The notes below the pieces were generated by a model. The model made no database searches, was not told the DNA's origin, and saw nothing but the letters and a program-made list of their open reading frames with translations. A stretch of DNA of 64,000 bases from Octopus vulgaris (lineage: Eukaryota), in assembly GCA_951406725.2 (NCBI GenBank), contig OX597831.1, positions 42,842,001 to 42,906,000 of the forward strand. Reading direction: 5' to 3'. The position numbers were made by a program, and so were the translations under genes. Below, piece by piece: positions 12,881 through 25,330 of this stretch (position 1 is the first letter of the stretch; each line of letters starts with the position of its first letter).

Positions 12881-13688
12881 TATTATTAATTTTGTTCATT
12901 ATTATTCTATTTAGTTTATTCAATTTTAGAAAAATTGAAGAATGTCTTTGACAATTCCGGAGCTTATTGAACTTTTGATCCACCCCGTATAATCTGCATT
13001 CAATGAACAGTTGCTTTTTACACTTAGAAGCAACTATTTCCAACGGTTTATGGACTTAATTTTCAAATCTTTGCCTCAGTATCGGTTTTCCAAAAGAAAC
13101 ATGTAGTAGTGGACATTACTTAAAACTTAATCCTTTCGTAATTTCCCTCAGCAAATATCGAATTACCCATACCTCTTTGTTTTGATTGAATTTGTATTGT
13201 TTTGTATTGATTGAATTACAATAGTTATACTTTCCATATTTTCCCCCCAATTACTTCGGCAATATTTGAATTATTTTCCTCGTTAATAATTTCTATAATG
13301 AAGTTCAGTTATTTCCCTTGAATTATTTCAGCCATGACCACATGGTCATTCACAGTTGAGGACATAGTGGCTCACGACTGTGACGAACTGATTTTTGCTT
13401 GGGATGTGCTTGCTTATATAAAGATCCAGAAGGATAGATATATCATTGAGAACAATAAATTTAGTTGGTAGTCTTGTTATCTCTATTCTAGCTTTTAGTG
13501 AAGTAGAAGAGGGTAGAAAGGGTCTAGTAGTGAAGACATTATTTCGGCCGAGCTAAAGGCATCTGGAAAATGTAAAACTGCTGTCAGAGAAAAACCATTG
13601 TTCCATCGTGGGAAAAGTTCTGTTGCAGCGTTAATTTAAATTTGACTATGGTGAATCGAATCCACTTCATGCATGCAAAATCCACTAC

Positions 13689-13802
<114 letters not shown>

Positions 13803-14091
13803 TCTGTGTTTATTCCTTGGCTTATGATATGCACGTTACTATTATCTGCGTTATGCTGAATATTTCGGTATAATCTTTCTAATGTAATTTCCTTCTTTGT
13901 AACTAAATCTTGACCATTCGGCTCACAACTTAACCATGAGAACATTTCATGGATTATTGTTGTTTGTAATTAACGAGCTATGAATACCCATTATTTCGGA
14001 AAGAAGAAACGAGATGTGTAATGCTTATTGGTTTCCACACAAGAACGTTAACATAAGGACTAAAGTTACTAATATTTTTGAATGGAAATTC

Positions 14092-14106
14092 ACACACACA
14101 CTCACG

Positions 14107-14158
<52 letters not shown>
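14092..14158. repeat. (CA)/(TG)/(GA)n compound microsatellite
   Basis: Directly visible. Confidence 0.9.
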
Positions 14159-14160
<2 letters not shown>

Positions 14161-14564
14161 TTTTAACAGTTGGTGAATTTGGCATCAATAAAAAAGTAGA
14201 CTGAAAATATTTGCAAATATTTTCGGCATTAAGGCAATAATAACCAGATTTATCTCCCTTGCATCGACCGACCTAATAATAACGTACATGTATTTGAAAA
14301 ACAAGAATAACTTCAGTTTAAGTGAAATATTAAATGAATCAAAGATTTTCGGTACTTTTTTTCTTTGATAGATGATTGGAAAACTTTGAAGGTGTTATTT
14401 ACTTCACTAACGATCACTCTCTGTTTAAGCACAAGAGCTTCGAACCTCGGAAATATCGTAGATATATTTACGCGGTAATGCAATTAGATTTATCTCCCTT
14501 GCACTCGTAGTCTTCCACGATTTTGACTTTGCGTAAAATGTTTCCGACACGGACCGTCCTTGAA

Positions 14565-14800
14565 TTATCTTTTACTTGTTTCAGCCAGGTTGCGGCCATG
14601 CTGGAACAATGCTGTGAAGGGTTTAAGTAGAAAAAATCGACTCTGGCACTTTTTTTTTTTTTTTTTTAATAAAGTTCGATACTTATGTCATCGGTTTCTT
14701 TTGCCGAACCGCCAGTTTGAACAGGGACGTAGACAAACCAGCATTGTCAAGCGGTGGTGGGGGTCAAGCAAACGCGCGCGCACACACACACACACGTATG
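14565..14800 (-). mobile_element. SINE family B, 3' half
   Basis: TTTTACTTGTTTCAG..GCGGCCATGCTGG..TTTTGCCGAACCGC matches the reverse complement of the 32573-32937 copy. Confidence 0.75.
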
Positions 14801-14850
<50 letters not shown>

Positions 14851-14855
<5 letters not shown>

Positions 14856-15065
14856 TTCTTTACTACCCACAAGGGGCTAAACACAGAGGGGACAAACAAG
14901 GACAGACAAAGGGATTAAGTCGACTACATCGACCCCAGTGCGTAACTGGTACTTAATTTATCGACCCCGAAAGGATGAAAGGCAAAGTCGACCTCGGCGG
15001 AATTTGAACTCGGAACGAAATACGGCTACGAATATTTCGCCCGGCGTGCTAACGTTTCTACCAGC
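14851..15065 (-). mobile_element. Young SINE family A copy
   Basis: TATTTCTTTACTACCCACAAGGGGCTAAAC tail, intact CpGs, near-identical to the 51858 and 55724 copies. Confidence 0.9.
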
Positions 15066-15076
15066 ATGCATATATG

Positions 15077-15302
15077 TGTACAGGACGTCACCATCGGTGC
15101 AAATAACATGCAATACTAGGGATAGCGAGTGAAATACGTAGACGAGAAAAGAATGGAAATCAGGACAAGTTAACCCAGAGGAAAGGATCCTTCATTCAAC
15201 GACAAGATGAGTCTCCAAAGACCTATATTAACTTGTTCTGTTTTCCTTTTTTCTCGTTGTTACGTATTTCATGTTATTCGCACCGTTGGTGACGTCTTGT
15301 AC
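15077..15302. repeat. Imperfect inverted repeat (~90-bp arms), possible Penelope-like pseudo-LTR remnant
   Basis: GTACAGGACGTCACCATCGGTGCAAATAACATG..GAAATACGTAGACGAGAAAA..ACAAGTTAA mirrored by TTAACTTGT..TTTTCTCGTTGTTACGTATTTCATGTTATTCGCACCGTTGGTGACGTCTTGTAC. Confidence 0.7.
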
Positions 15303-15308
15303 CTATAT

Positions 15309-15373
<65 letters not shown>

Positions 15374-15396
15374 AGAATAGTTTGTTTCAAAACATT

Positions 15397-15550
15397 GTTG
15401 CGTGGTAACAAGCTTGCTTCCCAACCGCATGGTTCCGGGTTCAGTCTCACTGTGTGACTCCTTGGGCAAGTGTCTTCTTCTATAGCCTTGGGTTCACCAA
15501 AGCCTTGTGAGTGAATTTGGTAGACGGAAACTGAAAAACGCTTGTATGTG
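15397..15550 (+). mobile_element. SINE family B, 5' half
   Basis: GTGGTAACAAGCTTGCTTCCCAACCGCATGGTTCCGGGTTCAGTC..CCTTGGGCAAGTGTCTT, tRNA-like head with CORE-like CCTTGGGCAAG. Confidence 0.8.
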
Positions 15551-15552
15551 TG

Positions 15553-15594
<42 letters not shown>

Positions 15595-15598
<4 letters not shown>

Positions 15599-18500
15599 CA
15601 TACCTCACCTCTTGGTTCCCGAAGACACGACTTAAGTCGAATTAACTTGCATCTAGGCTAGGCTGAATTTACTTGTCAATAGGGTAAACCGATAATAGCC
15701 ATTCCCAGTTCTAGACTCATCAAGATCAGTTGCAGCTATTGCTTGCTGTAGCGTACACTTCATATAGTAGCGCTTGATGATAGCAATTATTCCCTGATCC
15801 ATTGACTGCTGAAGAGACGTGGTGTTCAGAGGGAGGTGTACGACAGTAACGTTGGGGTCAAACTTTAACTTAAAATCTCATGCACAGTTACCTCCCAACA
15901 TAATGGTCACACGTTCTTTTGAGACCTCGTAGCCTGGAATAGTTTTCTCCGCCATCGAAATGAATGAACGGTTTGGCAATTTTTTTCCAATTCAATCCAG
16001 TTTCGTCTACGTTAAAAATCTGTTCGGGAAGAAACTCGTTTTCTTCGTTGATTTTCTTTAATGTATTAGGGAATTCCGCTGCTGCTTATTCGTCAGCTGA
16101 TGCACTTTCACTTTGGTTCTTAATGGAGTGATAACTTCTTTACTCCTTAAATTTCATGAACCATCCTTGACTTGCCTTGAACTCTACATCTTTCTCATCC
16201 GGATATTTTGTCTTCAGGTTCTCAAAGACAGCGCTTTCTCTTGAATGATTTCTTGACTAATAGTAGCACGCTGACGATTCAACCTAACAATCCAAAGAGA
16301 AAGAAGACTTTCCATTTCTTCAAAGATTTTTCCTTTTATTGGTGACAGTGTTCTTCAAACCTGAGGCTTCAGATTTGATATGTCCTAAAATCTTGTCCTT
16401 AGTATGTGCAATCTTCGATACAGTTGTCCAACTCAGCCCAAAAGATCGTGCAATCACTACCACTTTTTCACCTTTTTCATGGTGTTTTATCGTAGCTAGT
16501 TCATCTTCCAGCGTTATAGCATGACGCTTAGCACTTTTACTATGAATTTTCTTAGGAGCCATGGGGGCAAAGTATAGTCACAAATGAATGAGAATGATAA
16601 AGTAACCGATAAACAGACGTAAACAAATCAGAATTCAAAACAGTCGCGGAAATTACGAGTGACAACGACGTATAACGGTAGATATTGGAACTACAGTGCA
16701 ATATGAGCTCCGAAGGAGCGATAAAGACAACACAGCTGATTTCGTGATTTTGTTCATAAAGTTACACTACTTTATGGTGTGTATCTTAACATTTACTGTA
16801 CGTATTTTAATACGTTTTTATATGCTTTTATTTTTATTGTACAGTAACCTGATTTTATGTGCTTTTAACGATTTTCTAGTGATTTTTACGATTCTAATAT
16901 TTGTGGCAGACAGACGTAAAGTCGAGTAAAATTACTCGATTTCCATTTTTCCATGTATTATTTTTAAAAATTGACTTATAGTCAAGAATGACTTACATTG
17001 AAATTTTCGACAGTGTTCTATAATTTTCCCCAAAAATTTTTCGAAAATTTTCACCGAAAATTTTACCCAAAAATTTACCGAAAATTTCACCTAAAAAGTT
17101 TTCGAAAATTTTCACTGAAAATTTTCCCCAAAAATTTTTCGAAAGTGTTAACTGAAAATTTAACCCGAAAATTTTTCGAAAATTCGCCCCGCTGGCTTTC
17201 CATACTTTGTGATTTTGGCATCGCTGGTTTTTCATACTTTGTGATTTTGGCACCACTGGCCTTCCATACTTTGTGATTTTGGCACCGCTGGCCTTCCATA
17301 CTTCGTGATTTTGGCACCGCAAATGTTATCCGACTATTTTCCGAAAATTTTACCCAAAAAGTTTTCGAAAATTTTCACCGAAAATTTTACCCCAAAATTT
17401 ACCGAAAATTTCACCTAAAAAGTTTTCGAAAATTTTCAACGAAAATTGTCCCCCAAAATTTGTCGAGAATTTCACTCAAAGATTTTCACCGAAATTTTTC
17501 AAAAATTTTTCGAAAATTTTCACCGAAAATTTTCCATAAAAATTTGAGACAAATTTTTGGGGAAAATTTTCGAAAACTTTTTGGGTGAAATTTTCGAAAA
17601 ATTTATGGGAAAAATTTTTGGGTAAAATTTCACCAAAAACCTGTTCGAAAATTTTCACTGAAAATTTTCCCCAAAAATTTTTCGAAAATTTTCCCCAAAA
17701 ATTTTTCGAAAATTTTACCCAAAAATTTTCCGAATAATTTCACCCGAAAATTTTGCGAAAATTTTAACTAAAAATTTTGCGAAAATTTTCACCGAAAATT
17801 TTAACCAAAACTTTTGCGAAAATTTTAACCAAAAAGTTTTCGAAAATTTTACCCAAAAATTTTTCGAAAATTTTCACCGAAAATGTTACCCGAAAATTGG
17901 CACCGCTGGCCTTCCATACTTTGTGATTTTGGCACAACTGGCCTTTGTGATTTTGAAAATTTATGAGAATTTTCCCCCAAAATTTGTCGAAAATTTTACC
18001 CAAAAATTTTCCAAGAATTTTACCCAAAAAGTTTTCGAAAATTTTTACCGAAAATTTCACCTAAAAAGTATTCGAAAATTTTCACTGAAAATTTTCCCCA
18101 AAAATTCACACAAAAATTTTTCGAAAATTTTCACCGAAAATGTTACCCGAAAATTTTTCGAAAATTGGCACCGCTGGCTTTCCATACTTTGTGATTTTGA
18201 CACCTCTGCTCTTCCATACTCTGTGATTTTGGCATAACTGGCCTTCCATACCCTGTGATTTTGGCACAACTGGCCTTCCATACTTTGTGATTTTGGCACC
18301 GCTGGCCTTCCATACTTTGTGATTTTGGCACCGCAAATGTTATCCGACAATTTTCCGAAAATTTTACCCAAAAAGTTTTCGAAAATTTTCACCGAAAATT
18401 TTACCCAAAAATTTTCCGAATATTTTCACCGAAAATTTTACACAAAAATTTTGCGAAAATTTTCACCGAAAATTTATGAAAATTTTACCCAAAAATTTAT

Positions 18501-21500
18501 CGAAAATTTTCACCAAAAAGTTTTCGAAAATTTCACCGAAAACTTTACCCAAAAATTTTTCGAAAATTTTCAACGAAAATATTACCCGAAAATTTTTCGA
18601 AAATTGGCACCGCTGACTTTCCATACTTTGTGATTTTGACACCTCTGGCCTTCCATTCTCTGTGATTTTGGCACAACTGGCCTTCCATACTTTGTGATTT
18701 TGGCACCGCAAATGCTATCCGACAATTTTCCGAAAATTTTACCCAAAAATTTTCCGAATAATTTCACCTAAAAATTTTACGAAAATTTTCACCGAAAATT
18801 TTCACCTAAAAAGTTTTCGAAAACTTTACCCAAAAATTTTCCGAAAATTTGTCGAAAATTTCACGCGAAATTTTTCGAAAATTTTCACTGAAAATTTTCC
18901 CTAAAAAATTTTTGACAAATTTTTGGGGATAATTTTAGAAAACTTTTTGGGTGAAATTTTCGAAAAATTTATGGGAAAAATTTTTGGGTAAAATTTCACC
19001 TAAAATGTGTGAGAATTTTCACTGAAAATTTTCGCCAAAAATTTTTCGAAAATTTTACCCAAATATTTTTCGAAAATTTTACCCAAAAATTTTTCGAAAC
19101 TTTTTGGAAAATTGGCACCCGCTGGCTTTCCATACTTTGTGATTTTGGCACCGCTGGCCGTCCATACTTTGTGATTTTGGCACCGCAAATATCCGAAAAT
19201 TTTACCCAAAAATTTTGCGAAAATTTACCGAAAATTTCACCTAAAAAGTTTTCGAAAATTTTCACCGAAACTTTTACCCAATAAATTTTCCGAATAATTT
19301 CACCCAAAAATTTTGCGAAAATTTTCACCGAAAATTTTAACCAAAAAGTTTTCGAAAATTTTCACCGAAAACTTTACCCAAAAATTTACCGAAAATTTCA
19401 CCTAAAAAGTTTTCGAAAATTTTACCCAAAAATTTTTCGAAAATTTTCACCGAAAATTGGCACCGCTGGCCTTTGTGATTTTGGCACAACTAGCCTTTGT
19501 GATTTTGAAAATTTATGAGAATTTTCCCCCAAAATTTGTCGAAAATTTTACCCAAAAATTTTCCAAAAATTTAACCAAAAAGTTTTCGAAAATTTTCACC
19601 GAAAACTTTACCCAAAAATTTACCGAAAATTCCACCTAAAAATATTTCGAAAATTTTACCCAAAAAGTTTTCGAAAATTTTTACCGAAAACTTTACCCAA
19701 AAATTTACCGAAAATTTCACCTAAAAAGTTTTCGAAAATTTTTACCGAAAATATCACCTGAAAATTTTCCCCAAAAATTTTTCGAAAATTTTACCCAAAA
19801 AATTTTCCGAAAATTTTACCCAAAATATTTTTCGAAAATTTTCACCGAAAACTTTACCCGAAAATTTCACCTAAAATGTTTTCGAAAATTTTCGAAAATT
19901 TTCACCGAAAATGTTACCCGAAAATTGGCACCGCTGGCCTTCCATAATTTGTGATTTTGGCACCGCAAATGTTATCCGACAATTTTCCGAAAATTTTACC
20001 CAAAAAGTTTTCGAAAATTTTCCGAATATTTTCACCGAAAATTTTACCCAAAAAGTTTTCCGAAAATTTCACCCAAAAATTTTGCGAAAATTTTCACCGA
20101 TAATTTTAACCAAAAATTTTGCGAAAATTTTCACCGAAAATTTTAACCAAAAAGTTTTCGAAAATTTTCACCGAAAACTTTACCCAAAAATTTACCGAAA
20201 ATTTCACCTAAAAGGTTTTCGAAAATTTTACCCAAAAATTTTCGAAAATTTTCACCGAAAATGTTACCCGAAAATTGGCACCGCTGGCCTTCCATACTTT
20301 GTGATTTTGAAAATTTTACCCAAAAAGTTTTCGAAAATTTTTACCGAAAACTTTACCCAAAAATTGACCGATAATTTCACCTAAAAAGTTTTCGAAAATT
20401 TTTACCGAAAATATCACCTGAAAATTTTCCCCAAAAATTTTTCGAAAATATTACCCAAAAAATTTTCCGAAAATTTTACGAATAATTTCACCCAAAAATT
20501 TTGCGAAAATTTTAACCAAAAAGTTTTCGAAAATTTTCACCGAAAACTTTACCCGAAAATTTCACCTAAAAAGTTTTCGAAAATTTTACCCAAAAAGTTT
20601 TCGAAAATTTTCACCGAAAATGTTACCCGAAAATTGGCACCGCTGGCCTTCCATACTTTGTGATTTTGGCACCGCAAATGTTATCCGACAATTTTCCGAA
20701 AATTTTACCCAAAAATTTTCCGAATATTTTCACCGAAAATTTTACCCAAAAATTTTGCGAAAATTTTCACCAAAAATTTTCCCCCAAAATATGTCGAAAA
20801 TTTCATCCAAAGACTTTCACCGAAATTTTTCAAAAATTTTTCGAAAATTTTCCCTAAAAAATTTTCGAAAACTTCTTGGGTGAAATTTTCAAAAAATTTA
20901 TGGGAAAAATATTTGGGTAAAATTTCACCTAAAAAGTGTTCGAAAATCTTCACTGAAAATTTAACCAAAAAGTGTTCGAAAATTTCACCGAAAACTTTGC
21001 CCAAAATGTTTTCGAAAATTTTCACCGAAAATTTTTCGAAAATTGGCACTGCTGGCTTTCCATACTTTGTGATTTTGACACCTCTGGCCTTCCATACTTT
21101 GTGATTTTGGCACCGCAAATGCTATCCGACAATTTTCCGAAACTTTCACCCAAAAATTTTTCGAAAATTTTCACTGAAAATTTTCCCTAAAAAATTTTTG
21201 ACAAATTTTTATGGAAAATTTTCGAAAAATTTTTGGGTGAAATTTTCGAAAAATTTATGGGAAAAATTTTTGGATAAAATTTCACCGAAAATTTTACCCA
21301 AAAATTTTGCGAAAATTTTCACCGAAAATTTTACCCAAAAATTTACCGAAAATTTTACCCAAAAATTTTCCGAAAATTTTCAACGAAAATTTTCCCCCAA
21401 AATTTGTCGAAAATTTTCAGCGAAAATTTTAACCTAAAAAGTTTTTGAAAATTTTCACCAAAAATTTTCCCCCAAAATCTGCCAAAAATTTCACCCAAAA

Positions 21501-21745
21501 ATTTTCACTGAAATTTTCAGTGAAAATATTCCCTAAAAAATTTTTGACAAATTTTTGGGGAAAATTTTCGAAAAATTTTTGGGCAAAATTTCACCTAAAA
21601 AGTGTTAGGAAATTTTCACTGAAAATTTTCCCCGAAAATTTCACCTAAAAAGATTTCGAAAATTTTCACCGAAAATTTTCCCATGTATTATTTTAAAAAA
21701 TTGACTTATAGTCAAGAATGATTTAAATTGAAACGACTTAAGCCC

Positions 21746-21750
<5 letters not shown>
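15595..21750 (-). mobile_element. Tigger/pogo-family DNA transposon (decayed, 3'-deleted), interrupted by a satellite near its 5' end
   Basis: Transposase remnants 16562->15660: psq-type HTH (KRHAITLEDELATIKHHEKGEKVVVIARSFGL), EFKASQGWFMKFK, IFNVDETGLNWKKLPNRSFI, SKERVTIMLGGN, LPLNTTSLQQSMDQGII. Ends AGGCATACCTC..CGACTTAAGTCG (left) and CGACTTAAGCCCAGGTA (right), both in (TA)n. Confidence 0.88.
17004..21680. repeat. 4.7-kb complex satellite: 10-13-bp AAAATTTT-based units with interspersed clusters of a 32-bp repeat
   Basis: Short units CGAAAATTTT, CACCGAAAATTTT and ACCCAAAAATTTT. 32-mer TTGGCACCGCTGGCCTTCCATACTTTGTGATT (spacing 17217, 17249, 17281, 17313) in about 10 clusters. Confidence 0.95.
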
Positions 21751-21794
<44 letters not shown>

Positions 21795-21800
<6 letters not shown>

Positions 21801-21962
21801 CGTGTTTGTCCCACCACCACTGCTTGGCAACTGGCATTGGTGTGTAACTTACTGTTTCAGCCGAAGAGACTAAGTACCAGGCATAAAACAATAAGTACTG
21901 GGGTTGATCCATTTGACTAAAAGTCCAGCATGACCGCAGTCTGACTGAAGCATGTAAAAGAA
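21795..21962 (+). mobile_element. SINE family B, 3' half
   Basis: GTTTGTCCCACCACC..AAGTACCAGG..TCCAGCATGACCGCAGTC..ACTGAA. Confidence 0.7.
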
Positions 21963-22294
21963 TATGTATGTATTGCAAGAAACAACTAGATTTCTTTCTG
22001 ACATTTTCTGTAGTTCAACTTACACAAGTGAATGTGTGATAAACAAAATCGGAATTTTGAAAGAAGTTTCCATGAAACTAGTTTTTAAACATGGAATGGC
22101 TATGGGAGTCCACCAGAGTAAAATAGGAGTCAAAGGGGTCCATAGGCAAAAAAAAAGGTGATTGAGAACCTCTGTGGTAATCACTAGACCAACCACCTTC
22201 AACTGAAAAGAAGAGAGATCAGTTCAAAAAAAAAAAACACAACACATTAATAGTTAATGATTGTCAATCTTTATTTGCAAATGATAATAATAAT

Positions 22295-22722
22295 AATTTC
22301 AAATTTTGGCACAAGGCCAACAATTCTGGGTGGGGGTGGCGTTTGCTAAATCGATAACATTGATCCCAGCGCTCAACTGAAACTTATTTTATCATTGATC
22401 CTGAAAGGATGAAAGGCAAAGTCAACCTTGGTGGAATCTGAACTTAGAACATAAAGCTGGGAGAAACAGTACTGATTCTGTCAGCTCGGCACCGTTGATG
22501 ATAATAATAATAATCCTTTCTACAATAGGCACAAGGCCTGAAATTTGGGGGAGGGGGATAGTTGATTACATTGACCCCAGTACTCAACTGGTACTTATTT
22601 TATTGACCCCTAAAGGATGAAAGGCAAAGTTGACCTTAGTGGAATTTGAGCTCAGAACGTGAAGATGGATGAAATATCGCTAAGCATTTCACTAGTGCGC
22701 TACCAATTCTGTCAGCTCACTG
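22295..22722 (-). mobile_element. Two tandem SINE family A copies
   Basis: AAGGATGAAAGGCAAAGT core twice, each with an (ATA)n tail. Confidence 0.8.
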
Positions 22723-23425
22723 GGCCTCACCTGCAAAGTCATGCACTGGTTATTGATGAGGTCACCATATCGTGTACATATGGTTGTGATGCATGTGCCT
22801 GGTGCGCTCTTATCAGATGGGTAGTCATGATGGGTATATTGGGCTTCATATATTTTACCCCAGTGTCAATTTGATGGCATGCACTGCTCTCTCACTCAAT
22901 AAAGATATATTATTTTTAGGTGGACACAAACAATTGGGGTTGCATTGTATTCAAGATGGAATCAAAGTAAATACTGTATATAATTCTAGATATATCATAT
23001 TTCCTTTTCAGAGATATGAATGAGTTACATTATAGCACTACATTGCACAATGTTTATGGCTTGTAAAGCTGAAATATTCACTTCAACAACAATTGAGAAA
23101 TGAGTTTGGAAGTGATCCATGGACCAGGGGAATTATTGAGATGTTGGTTAGCAAATGAGAGAACGAATTCGTGAATGATGTACTTCATTGTGGGTGGTCA
23201 GAGGTTCAGAGGTAGTCGCATGACAGAAGAGGATGTTTACTTAGTCAATGAAGATTCTCTGGTGTTTCCTAAATCTCTTCTGCATGATTCATCTCAGTTG
23301 TAAATCAACCAAACAACATTGAGGCACATGCTGAATATATGTATCTATATGCATATACATGTATGTATACACACACACACACACGTGTAAACATGCATGT
23401 ATGTATGTATATATATATATATACA

Positions 23426-24677
23426 CAGGTGTGATGGGTAAATTGTCGCTATTTTATATTTTTAATTTCATGCATGTGCATTGTCTTTTTGATGTTGTCA
23501 ACTACACAGTATAGTAGGGTCAGTTGGGCACTATCTGTTAGAAAAACAGCACCATGACGCAATTCACTCTGCCAAAAATTTGGAAACGACATGCTGAACT
23601 ACTTGACATTCATGCCAGAAGCTCCAATACAAGCATTTCAGAATGTTTGGGTGTCATTCTGAGGACAGGGCAGAGGATTCGAAAAGAGTTAGATGAATCT
23701 AATGGTGATTACAAAGGTATGACAGCTTGGAATACTCTGATTATTCTGATAAGAAAAGAACTCATAAATTCGTTAGTGAGATCCAGGCCATGATTGACAA
23801 CGATCCCTCCAAGTCAATCAGGAACATGTGAGTGTCAAAGTTTATTATCAGGCAGGTAATACATGAAGACATTCGGTATTCCTCATACAAGATGACAAAA
23901 AGGGCCAACTTTTATCCCAAGCCATCAAGGACAAAAAGAAAAACTGCACTACGAAGCTTTTGAACAAACCCAAGAGTCCCCTCCGACTGAACATGCTTTG
24001 GTTTTTCTCTGATGAGAAAAATTTCTGCCAGGATCAGATGGTAAGCACAGAACAACCATTGGCTAGCCATGTTCCCAAAACATGTACCGAGAGGGATAAA
24101 AATCAAACATCCAGTCAACATCATGGTGTCTGGAATGATCACTAGTGATGGTGACGTTATGCCTCCATTCATCTTCCCACATGGCCTCGGGTTCAACATG
24201 GAGGTAAACATCAAGTGCCTGGAGGAGGTAGTGCCACTCTGGGTTAAGAGGGTGGCCGCTGGAAGACCCTATGTCTGGCAACAGGATCCTGCACCATGAC
24301 ACACAAGCAGGAGAATTCAATTATGGCTGTCAGACAATTTCTGCGACCACATCACCCCTAACATCTGACCACCTAACTCCCCAGACAGCAAACCTCTTGA
24401 TTATATGTGGGTGCAGTTGAGCAAGAGACCAACAAAACTGCTTGTAACACCAAAGATGAACTGAAAGCAAGGATTATGGCAGCATTCACCAATTTAAACA
24501 TGGAGACTGTCCAGAAAAGTTGCAAGAGATTTTAAAGTCATCTGGAGGCTGTGATTGAAGCCAATGACAATTTTGCTGAATAAATTAACTCTCAATTATT
24601 TCAAGATATTCCATTAAATATATCTTAAAATGAGATGTCGGTGTTATTTTAGATGACAATTTATTCATCGCACCTTG
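23426..24677 (+). mobile_element. maT-family (DD37D) Tc1/mariner transposon, decayed, copy 1
   Basis: TIRs CAGGTGTGATGGGTAAATTGTC / GACAATTTATTCATCGCACCTTG. Motifs WFFSDEKNF, YVWQQD, PPNSPD..PLDY; 37 residues between the second and third Asp in the consensus of the two copies. Confidence 0.9.
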
Positions 24678-24679
24678 TG

Positions 24680-25330
24680 TATCATCATTTAATGTCTGCT
24701 CTCCATGCTGGGATGGGTTGGACTGTTTGACATAGGAGCTGTCCAGGTTCCAACTGCCTGTTGTGGCATAGTTTCTCCAGCTGGATGCCCTTCCTAATGT
24801 CAACCACTTTAGGGTGCAGGGTGCTTTTTATGTTCACTGTCACGGGTATGTTTATGCATCACTGACATCATCATCATCATCATCATCTTTTAACGTCCGC
24901 TTTCCATGCTAGTATGGGTTGGACGGTTCAACTGGGGTCTGGGAAGCCAGGAGGCTGCACCAGGCCCAGTCTGATCTGGCAGTGTTTCTACAGTTGTTTC
25001 TACATGAGTGCATTAATGCAGCACCCAGTATGGGTACCCCTTAAGTGGCACCAACACCTGAAAGACCAGCCTTTATATGTGGAAGACTGATTTTACTTAG
25101 CTTGACATGTCTTATCAAGTACAGCAAATCCCCAAGTCCCTTATCATTTCCTCAGTGTTGGCCCAGCATTTGAAGATCCTTTCTCACCACTTCATCCCAC
25201 GTCTTCGTATATGAGGTACACCTGCATTTTTCTAGTAGCTGGTAGTCTACACCTCCTTTAATCCAACTTGAAATTCCTGTAGCCACCAGTCTAATCCACT
25301 GCATGACTGCAGGTGGTGTTGTGTGCACCA
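24680..25330 (-). mobile_element. RTE-like LINE 3' remnants and related SINE tails with (CAT)n
   Basis: KTWDEVVRKDLQMLG fragment; repeated CCATGCT.G.ATGGGTTGGAC tail motif. Confidence 0.5.

Noticed and set aside
17185-21116. 32-bp repeats as a CRISPR array
   Set aside because: The repeats are head-to-tail or separated by repetitive, variable-length matrix rather than unique spacers. There are no cas genes and the context is eukaryotic.
16993-21648. Many K/F/N-rich ORFs
   Set aside because: They are translations of the satellite in multiple frames.
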